Origin: the human T2T-CHM13v2.0 reference genome, Homo sapiens
Assembly: GCF_009914755.1 (NCBI RefSeq)
Contig: NC_060939.1
Length of the DNA: 64,000 nucleotides
Strand: one strand, 5' to 3'
Below the pieces are notes generated by a model. It was not told where the DNA came from. It did no database searches and was given only the letters and a program-made list of their open reading frames with translations. Below, in pieces: positions 53,590-64,000 of the stretch; the first letter of the stretch is position 1; every line of letters begins with the position of its first letter. Position numbers and translations under genes: made by a program.

Positions 53590-55753
53590 TGTGAAGGCCG
53601 GACGCAACACGGCGAAACCCCGTCTCTACTAAAAATACAAAGCTGAGTCGGGAGCGGTGGGGCAGGCCCCTGTAATGCCAGCTCCTCGGGAGGCTGAGGC
53701 GGGAGAATCGCTTGAACCAGGGAAGCGGAGGCTGCAGGGAGCCGAGATCGCGCCACTGCACTACGGCCCAGGCTGTAGAGTGAGTGAGACTCGGTCTCTA
53801 AATAAATACGGAAATTAATTAATTCATTAATTCTTTTCCCTGCTGACGGACATTTGCAGGCAGGCATCGGTTGTCTTCGGGCATCACCTAGCGGCCACTG
53901 TTATTGAAAGTCGACGTGACACGGAGGGAGGTCTCGCCGACTTCACCGAGCCTGGGGCAACGGGTTTCTCTCTCTCCCTTCTGGAGGCCCCTCCCTCTCT
54001 CCCTCGTTGCCTAGGGAACCTCGCCTAGGGAACCTCCGCCCTGGCGGGGGCCCTATTGTTCTTTGATCGGCGCTTTACTTTTCTTTGTGTTTTGGCGCCT
54101 AGACTCTTCTACTTGGGCTTTGGGAAGGGTCAGTTTAATTTTCAAGTTGCCCCCCGGCTCCCCCCACTACCCACGTCCCTTCACCTTAATTTAGTGAGTC
54201 GGTTAGGTGGGTTTCCCCCAAACCGCCCCCCCCCCCCCCGCCTCCCAACACCCTGCTTGGAAACCTTCCAGAGCCACCCCGGTGTGCCTCCGTCTTCTCT
54301 CCCCTTCCCCCACCCCTTGCCGGCGATCTCATTCTTGCCAGGCTGACATTTGCATCGGTGGGCGTCAGGCCTCACTCGGGGGCCACCGTTTTTGAAGATG
54401 GGGGCGGCACGGTCCCACTTCCCCGGAGGCAGCTTGGGCCGATGGCATAGCCCCTTGACCCGCGTGGGCAAGCGGGCGGGTCTGCAGTTGTGAGGCTTTT
54501 CCCCCCGCTGCTTCCCGCCTCAGGCCTCCCTCCCTAGGAAAGCTTCACCCTGGCTGGGTCTCGGTCACCTTTTATCACGATGTTTTAGTTTCTCCGCCCT
54601 CCGGCCAGCAGAGTTTCACAATGCGAAGGGCGCCACGGCTCTAGTCTGGGCCTTCTCAGTACTTGCCCAAAATAGAAACGCTTTCTGAAAACTAATAACT
54701 TTGCTCACTTAAGATTTCCAGGGACGGCGCCTTGGCCCGTGTTTGTTGGCTTGTTTTGTTTCGTTCTGTTTTGTTTTGTTCGTGTTTTTCCTTTCTCGTA
54801 TGTCTTTCTTTTCAGGTGAAGTAGAAATCCCCAGTTTTCAGGAAGACGTCTATTTTCCCCAAGACACGTTAGCTGCCGTTTTTTCCTGTTGTGAACTAGC
54901 GCTTTTGTGACTCTCTCAACGTGCAGTGAGAGCCGGTTGATGTTTACTATCCTTCATCATGACATCTTATTTTCTAGAAATCCGTAGGCGAATGCTGCTG
55001 CTGCTCTTGTTGCTGTTGTTGTTGTTGTTGTTGTCGTCGTTGCTGTTGTCGTTGTCGTTGTTGTTGTCGTTGTCGTTGTTTTCAAAGTATACCCCGGCCA
55101 CCGTTTATGGGATCAAAAGCATTATAAAATATGTGTGATTATTTCTTGAGCACGCCCTTCCTCCCCCTCTCTCTGTCTCTCTGTCTGTCTCTGTCTCTCT
55201 CTTTCTCTGTCTGTCTTCTCTCTCTCTCTCTCTCTGTGTCTCTCTCTCTCTGCCTGTCTGTTTCTCTCTCTCTGCCTCTCTCTCTCTCTCTCTCTCTGCC
55301 TGTCTCTCTCACTGTGTCTGTCTTCTGTCTTACTCCCTTTCTCTGTCTGTCTGTCGGTCTCTCTCTCTCTCTCTCCCTGTCTGTATGTTTCTCTCTGTCT
55401 CTGTCTCTCTCTCTCTTTCTGTTTCTCTCTCTCCGTCTCTGTCTTTCTCTGACTGTCTCTCTCTTTCCTTCTCTCTGTCTCTCTCTGCCTGTCTCTCTCA
55501 CTCTGTCTTCTGTCTTACTCTCTCTCTCTGCCTGCCTGTCTCTCTCACTCTCTCTCTCTGTGTGTCTCTCTCTCTCTTTCTGTTTCTCTCTGTCTCTCTG
55601 TCCGTCTCTGTCTTTCTCTGTCTGTCTCTTTGTCTGTCTGTCTTTGTCTTTCCTTCTCTCTGTCTCTGTCTCTCTCACTGTGTCTGTCTTCTGTCTTAGT
55701 CTCTCTCTCTCTCTCTCCCTGTCTGTCTGTCTCTCTCTCTCTCTCCCCCTGTC

Positions 55754-55798
<45 letters not shown>

Positions 55799-56071
55799 TT
55801 GTCTTTCTTTCTGTCTCTGTCTCTCTCTCTCTCTCTGTGTGTCTGTCTTCTGTCTTACTGTCTTTCTCTGCCTGTCTGTCTGTCTGTCTCTCTCTGTCTG
55901 TCTCTCTCTCTCTCTCCCCCCTGTCGGCTGTTTCTCTGTCTCTGTCTGTGTCTCTCTTTCTGTCTGTTTCTCTCTGTCTGTCTTTCTCTCTCTGTCTCTT
56001 TCTCTCTGTCTCTCTGTCTGTCTCTGTCTCTCTCTCTGTCTCTCTCTCTCTGTGGGGGGGTGTGTGTGTGT

Positions 56072-56108
<37 letters not shown>

Positions 56109-56359
56109 TGCCTTCTGTCTTACTCTCTTTCTCTGCCTGTCTGTCTGCCTGTCTGTTTGTCTCTCTCTCTCTGCCTGTCTCTCTCCCTTCCTGTCTGTTT
56201 CTCTCTCTTTCTGTTTCTCTCTGTCTCTGTCCATCTCTGTCTTTCTCCGTCTGTCTCTTTATCTGTCTCTCTCCGTCTGTCTCTTTATCTGTCTCTCTCT
56301 CTCTTTCTGTCTTTCTCTCTCTGTGTATCGTTGTCTCTCTCTGTCTGTCTCTGTCTCTG

Positions 56360-56392
<33 letters not shown>

Positions 56393-57735
56393 GTCTGTCT
56401 GTCCGTCTGTCTGTCTCGGTCTCTGGCTCTCGCTATCTCCCGCCCTCTCTTTTTTTGCAAAAGAAGCTCAAGTACATCTAATCTAATCCCTTACCAAGGC
56501 CTGAATTCTTCACTTCTGACATCCCAGATTTGATCTCCCTACAGAATGCTGTACAGAACTGGCGAGTTGATTTCTGGACTTGGATACCTCATAGAAACTA
56601 CATATGAATAAAGATCCAATCCTAAAATCTGGGGTGGCTTCTCCCTCGACTGTCTCGAAAAATCGTACCTCTGTTCCCCTAGGATGCCGGAAGAGTTTTC
56701 TCAATGTGCATCTGCCCGTGTCCTAAGTGATCTGTGACCGAGCCCTGTCCGTCCTGTCTCAAATATGTACGTGCAAACACTTCTCTCCATTTCCACAACT
56801 ACCCACGGCCCCTTGTGGAACCACTGGCTCTTTGAAAAAAATCCCAGAAGTGGTTTTGGCTTTTTGGCTAGGAGGCCTAAGCCTGCTGAGAACTTTCCTG
56901 CCCAGGATCCTGTGTGACCAAAAGTGCCTCTGCTGGGAGCTGGGATCCTCGGGACCATGCTTGCTAGCGCTGGATGAGTCTCTGGAAGGACGCACGGGAC
57001 TCCGCAAAGCTGACCTGTCCCACCGAGGTCAAATGGATACCTCTGCATTGGCCCGAGGCCTCCGAAGTACATCACCGTCACCAACCGTCACCGTCAGCAT
57101 CCTTGTGAGCCTGCCCAAGGCCCCGCCTCCGGGGAGACTCTTGGGAGCCCGGCCTTCGTCGGCTAAAGTCCAAAGGGATGGTGACTTCCACCCACAAGGT
57201 CCCCACTGAACGGCGAAGATGTGGAGCGTAGGTCAGAGAGGGGACCAGGAGGGGAGACGTCCCGACAGGCGACGAGTTCCCAAGGCTCTGGCCACCCCAC
57301 CCACGCCCCACGCCCCACGTCCCGGGCACCCGCGGGACACCGCCGCTTTATCCCCTCCTCTGTCCACAGCCGGCCCCACCCCACCACGCAACCCACGCAC
57401 ACACGCTGGAGGTTCCAAAACCACACGGTGTGACTAGAGCCTGACGGAGCGAGAGCCCATTTCACGAGGTGGGAGGGGTGGGGGTGGGGTGGGTTGGGGG
57501 TTGTGGGGTCTGTGGCGAGCCCGATTCTCCCTCTTGGGTGGCTACAGGCTAGAAATGAATATCGCTTCTTGGGCGGAGGGGCTTCCTTAGGCCATCACCG
57601 CTTGCGGGACTACCTCTCAAACCCTCCCTTGAGGCCACAAAATAGATTCCACCCCACCCATCGACGTTTCCCCCGGGTGCTGGATGTATCCTGTCAAGAG
57701 ACCTGAGCCTGACACCGTCGAATTAAACACCTTGA

Positions 57736-57924
<189 letters not shown>

Positions 57925-58015
57925 TAGACACGGGGTTTCACCCTCTTTCATTGGTTTTCACTGGAGATTCTAGATTCGAGCCACACCTCATTCCGTGCCA
58001 CAGAGAGACTTCTTT

Positions 58016-61000
58016 TTTTTTTTTTTTTTAAGCGCAACGCAACATGTCTGCCTTATTTGAGTGGCTTCCTATATCATTATAATTGTGTTATAGATGAAGA
58101 AACGGTATTAAACACTGTGCTAATGATAGTGAAAGTGAAGACAAAAGAAAGGCTATCTATTTTGTGGTTAGAATAAAGTTGCTCAGTATTTAGAGCTACC
58201 TAAATACGTCAGCATTTACACTCTTCCTAGTAAAAGCTGGCCAATCTGAATAATCCTCCTTTAAACAAACACAATTTTTGATAGGGTTAAGATTTTTTTA
58301 AGAATGCGACTCCTGCAAAATAGCTGAACAGACGATACACATTTAAAAAAATAACAACACAAGGATCAACCAGACTTGGGAAAAAATCGAAAACCACACA
58401 AGTCTTATGAAGAACTGAGTTCTTAAAATAGGACGGAGAACGTAGCTATCGGAAGAGAAGGCAGTATTGGCAAGTTGATTGTTACGTTGGTCAGCAGTAG
58501 CTGGCACTATCTTTTTGGCCATCTTTCGGGCAATGTAACTACTACAGCAAAATGAGATATGATCCATGAAACAACATATTCGCAAATCAAAAAGTGTTTC
58601 AGTAATATAATGCTTCAGATTTAGAAGCAAATCAAATGATAGAACTCCACTGCTGTAATAAGTCACCCCAAAGATCACCGTATCTGACAAAATAACTACC
58701 ACAGGGTTATGACTTCAGAATCATACTTTCTCTTGATATTTACTTATGTATGTATTTATTTTTTTTAATTTATTTCTCTTGAGACGGCGTCTCGCTCTGT
58801 CGCCCAGGCTGGAGTGCGATGGTGTGATCTCGGCTCACTGCAACCGCCACCTCCCTGGGTTCAAGCGATTCTCCTGCCTCAGCCTCCCGAGTAGCTGGGA
58901 CTACAGGTGCCCGCCACCACGCCCAGCTAATCTTTATACTTTTAATAGAGACGGGGTTTCACCGTGTCGGCCCGGATGGTCTCGATCTCTTGACCTCGTG
59001 ACCCGCCCGCCTCGGCCTCCCAAAGTGCTGGGATGACAGGCGTGAGCCACTGAGCCCGGCCTTCTCTTGACGTTTAAACTATGAAGTCAGTCCAGAGAAA
59101 CGCAATAAATGTCAACGGTGAGGATGGTGTTGAGGCAGAAGTAGGACCACACTTTTTCCTATCTTATTCAGTTGATAACAATATGACCTAGGTAGTAATT
59201 TCCTATGTGCCTACTTATACACGAGTACAAAAGAGTAAAACAGAGAGACTGCTAAATTAAAGGGTACGTGAAGTTCTTCATAGTAACTCCGTAAACTGGA
59301 ACACTGTCAAAAAGCAGCAGCTAGTGAATTGTTTCCATGTATTTTTCTATTATCCAATAAGTGAACTATGCTATTCCTTTCCAGTCTCCCAAGCACTTCT
59401 TGTCCCCATCACCACTTCGGTGCTCGAAGAAAAAGTAACAAATCAAGGAACACAACTAAAGAAACACACACACAAACCAAAGACAACTACAGCGTCTGCA
59501 AAAGTTTGCTAGAAGACTGAAACTGTTGAGTATAAGGATCTGGTATTCTACGATGATCATGAGTTCACTTCAGAGTTTGTTCAAGACATACGTTTCGTAA
59601 GGAAACATCTTAGTTAGAAGTTATTCAGCAGTAGGTACCATCCCTAAGTATTTTTCACCAAATTCGTGACAATAAAGAGCTATCTAACCAGAAAAATTAG
59701 CGAGTACCGGCACCATCCATAGGGCTTTGTCTTTACGCTTCATTAGCACTTACCATGCCTTACAATGTCTAGGATTGACCCTGATAGCATTTCGAAAACA
59801 AGCTAATGCTTTGTCCAGTTCTTCAGTGAAGACAAGCTCACGCCCTAATGCGCTATAGGCATAAGCATCATTTGGATCCACTTCGAGAGTTCTCTGGAAG
59901 AATTGAATCGCAATATCGTGTTCCCGTTGCAGACCGAAACAGTTCCCTGCAGCACACCAGGCCTCTGGCTGGCGAATTTTTATCCATGTCTGTGAAGTCT
60001 TTGGACAGAACTGAAAGAGCAACCTCTTTCGGAGGATGCCAAAGTGTTGTAGAGTAGATCTCCATGCCTTCGACTCTGTAATTCTCAATCCTCCTAACCT
60101 CTGAGAATTGTCTTTCAGCTTGCGTGGACTCTGAAAGTTTACAATAGGCCCTTCCGATTTGGCACAGTACCCAACCGGTATTGCAGTGGTGAGAAGCTAG
60201 ATGGCTCAAGATGCTGATAGCTTCTTTGCCGTGGTAAGAACACAAAGCTAAATAACCTTTCCCCCTTTCACGAAGAAGGCTCATCAAGCCTTCCGCTGCT
60301 GCTTTTTGTAGATTAAAAGCCTGAATCTGAGGCGCGATTGCGGCTATTTTCCCTTCTGAAATGACGGAAGAGTCCAATTTTGTCACTTCCAGGCTATCAC
60401 TTATGTTCGGTGGAGTTATTGCTCCTTTATTAGTTTTACTTTTGGTTCTTCTGTTTGGGATTTTAGGTGGAAACTTCATTTTTAATTTTCTCCTATTCTC
60501 CTCGGTTGTGGAGCTGTCACTAGTCAAGAGTCGTGAATTTCTTCGAGGCGGTGCATTTGGGGGAGATGCCATAGTGGGGCTCAATACCTGAGGTGTTGCC
60601 CTTGTCGGCGGACCAGAACTTTGTGTTTTTGCAAGGACTGGAGTTACCTTTCGGCTCTTTCCCCTCTGCGAGAAGACAGACGGTGTTCCGGTTTGGCCGA
60701 TTCTGGCAACAGGCTTTTTTGAAGGGGCTCCGGTGGATGGCACGTCAATGACAGACGGTGTCTCATACCAGTGCAGTTTTGTCAATAGGGTCCGTCTCCG
60801 GGACTTGGGGTTTCTAATGGCAAAATGCCAACACTTGGGGTTAATGGACTAACAGCTGCTGGTCCTCCTAATAAACTTCGACCAGTTTTTGGTTTATGTT
60901 GAACCTGTTTAGATCATATGGAAGTTCCTGTTCCCAGTGGGACAGTATCAGGTGAAAGGACAGCTGAATCGATAGAAGACACTGGGGAGTCTGTATTCAA

Positions 61001-61810
61001 GGAGTACTTTGAATTGGAAGATTCTAAATTCCATCCGTTTCATTCGACGGTGTCCTGGGGTGTTTCCGTAAGAACGGTCTCGGGCTGTCTGTGACATAAA
61101 CTAGGACGAGGTCCAAGTGTTGTGGCGCAACACTTGGACAGGCAGTTGCTAAAGCTCTCTAGAGAGGTGAATCAAAATGTTTGGTCAGGATCTGGCTTTT
61201 CCCCCCTATTTCACATCATGATTCAAAGGGACACCAGAGGAAAGGATTTCAACGAAGGCTCTTTTGGTCACATTCTGATCCTTTGGTAAGCCGATCTGTC
61301 TTGCAATATACATGTCCCGACGATGGAAGGGGAAAGCGAGCTGAATCACCAAACTCAGGAACGATAATATCATCGTGGCTTTTCTGCTTATGAAACACTC
61401 CACCCGATAAGATTTGATCCCCTTCTGCAAGCTTGCTGAGATCAACACAACATTTCGCAAGCAGGCATTTGCATTGCGGGGTAGTACAACTGTGTCCTTT
61501 CAAGAGTCTATATGTTTTATAGGCCTTTCCTGAGCGGTAAGAACAGGTCGCCAGTAAGAACAAGGCTTCTTCTGAGTGTACTTCTGCATAAAGGCGTTCT
61601 GCGGGGGAAACCGCATCTCGGTAGGCATAGTGGTTTAGTGCTTGCCATATAGCAGCCTGGACGGGTCCCTGCAGCACCGCCATCCTCGAGGCTCAGGCCC
61701 ACTTTCTGCAGTGCCACAGGCACCCCCCCCCCCATAGCGGCTCCGGCCCGGCCAGCCCCGGCTCATTTAAAGGCACCAGCCGCCGTTACCGGGGGATGGG
61801 GGAGTCCGAG
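58016..61810 (-). pseudogene. CDC27P: CDC27 pseudogene, copy in the next unit
   Basis: Identical ORFs at +44929. Confidence 0.93.
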
Positions 61811-62600
61811 ACAGAATGACTTCTTTATCCTGCTGACTCTGGAAAGCCCGGCGCCTTGTGATCCATTGCAAACCGAGAGTCACCTCGTGTTTAGAACACG
61901 GATCCACTCCCAAGTTCAGTGGGGGGATGTGAGGGGTGTGGCAGGTAGGACGAAGGACTCTCTTCCTTCTGATTCGGTCTGCACAGTGGGGCCTAGGGCT
62001 GGAGCTCTCTCCGTGCGGACCGCTGACTCCCTCTACCTTGGGTTCCCTCGGCCCCACCCTGGAACGCCGGGCCTTGGCAGATTCTGGCCCTTCCTGGCCC
62101 TTCAGTCGCTGTCAGAAACCCCATCTCATGCTCGGATGCCCCGAGTGACTGTGGCTCGCACCTCTCCGGAAACATTGGAAATCTCTCCTCTACGCGCGGC
62201 CACCTGAAACCACAGGAGCTCGGGACACACGTGCTTTCGGGAGAGAATGCTGAGAGTCTCTTGCCGACTCTCTCTTGACTTGAGTTCTTCGTGGGTGCGT
62301 GGTTAAGACGTAGTGAGACCAGATGTATTAACTCAGGCCGGGTGCTGGTGGCTCACGCCTGTAACCCCAACACTTTGGGAGGCCGAGGCCGTAGGATCCC
62401 TCGAGGAATCGCCTAACCCTGGGGAGGTTGAGGTTGCAGTGAGTGAGCCATAGTTGTGTCACTGTGCTCCAGTCTGGGCGAAAGACAGAATGAGGCCCTG
62501 CCACAGGCAGGCAGGCAGGCAGGCAGGCAGAAAGACAACAGCTGTATTATGTTCTTCTCAGGGTAGGAAGCAAAAATAACAGAATACAGCACTTAATTAA

Positions 62601-62723
<123 letters not shown>

Positions 62724-62945
62724 TGAGTAGCTGGGATTACAGGGAGGAGCCACCACACCCAGCTGATTTTGTATTGTTAGTAGAGACGGCATTTCTCCAT
62801 GTGGGTCAGGCTGGTCTCGAACTGGCGACCCCAGTGGATCTGCCCGCCCCGGCCTCCCAAAGTGCTGGGGTGACAGGCGTGAGCCATCGTGACTGGCCGG
62901 CTACGTTTATTTATTTATTTTTTTAATTATTTTACTTTTTTTTAG

Positions 62946-63204
<259 letters not shown>

Positions 63205-64000
63205 TAGCCAGGATGGTCTCGATCTCCTGACCCCGTGATCCGTCCACCTCGGCCTCCCAAAGTGCTGGGATGACAGGCGTGAGCCACCGCCCCCGGCCTA
63301 TTTATCTATTTATTAACTTTGAGTCCAGGTTATGAAACCAGTTAGTTTTTGTAATTTTTTTTTTTTTTTTTTTTTTTTGAGACGAGGTTTCACCGTGTTG
63401 CCAAGGCTTGGACCGAGGGATCCACCGGCCCTCGGCCTCCCAAAAGTGCGGGGATGACAGGCGCGAGCCTACCGCGCCCGGACCCCCCCTTTCCCCTTCC
63501 CCCGCTTGTCTTCCCGACAGACAGTTTCACGGCAGAGCGTTTGGCTGGCGTGCTTAAACTCATTCTAAATAGAAATTTGGGACGTCAGCTTCTGGCCTCA
63601 CGGACTCTGAGCCGAGGAGTCCCCTGGTCTGTCTATCACAGGACCGTACACGTAAGGAGGAGAAAAATCGTAACGTTCAAAGTCAGTCATTTTGTGATAC
63701 AGAAATACACGGATTCACCCAAAACACAGAAAGCAGTCTTTTAGAAATGGCCTTAGCCCTGGTGTCCGTGCCAGTGATTCTTTTCGGTTTGGACCTTGAC
63801 TGAGAGGATTCCCAGTCGGTCTCTCGTCTCTGGACGGAAGTTCCAGATGATCCGATGGGTGGGGGACTTAGGCTGCGTCCCCCCAGGAGCCCTGGTCGAT
63901 TAGTTGTGGGGATCGCCTTGGAGGGCGCGGTGACCCACTGTGCTGTGGGAGCCTCCATCCTTCCCCCCACCCCCTCCCCAGGGGATCCCAATTCATTCCG

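Overview
This window is human-type ribosomal DNA (45S/47S rDNA tandem array, + strand), about 1.4 repeat units with a 44,929-bp period. Positions 1-19071 recur at 44930-64000 with no difference I could see. The window opens in the middle of an intergenic spacer (IGS) containing two ~4.5-kb long repeats (L1 3' fragment, inverted Alu pair, CT-rich tract), a third CT tract, a CDC27 retro-pseudogene, Alu clusters and the RGC p53 site. It continues through the CTCF/spacer-promoter region, the Pol I promoter (TSS 24053), 5'ETS, 18S (27692-29560), ITS1, 5.8S (30633-30789), ITS2, 28S (31958-37028), 3'ETS and three Sal-box terminator repeats, then enters the next IGS. No functional protein-coding gene is supported; the long ORFs are low-complexity or GC-rich artefacts. 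Most of the content is well known, and I cannot support a new biological system. The most interesting observations are: (1) the CDC27 copy looks like a TSD-bounded retrocopy of a partly spliced, intronically polyadenylated transcript; (2) a pervasive AT->GC / TpA-loss substitution signature, including the same Alu left-arm TTA->TGA change in at least 10 separate Alus; (3) a hidden higher-order repeat inside the CT tracts; (4) an old diverged duplication in the IGS that carries a perfect 11-nt copy of the Pol I start site.
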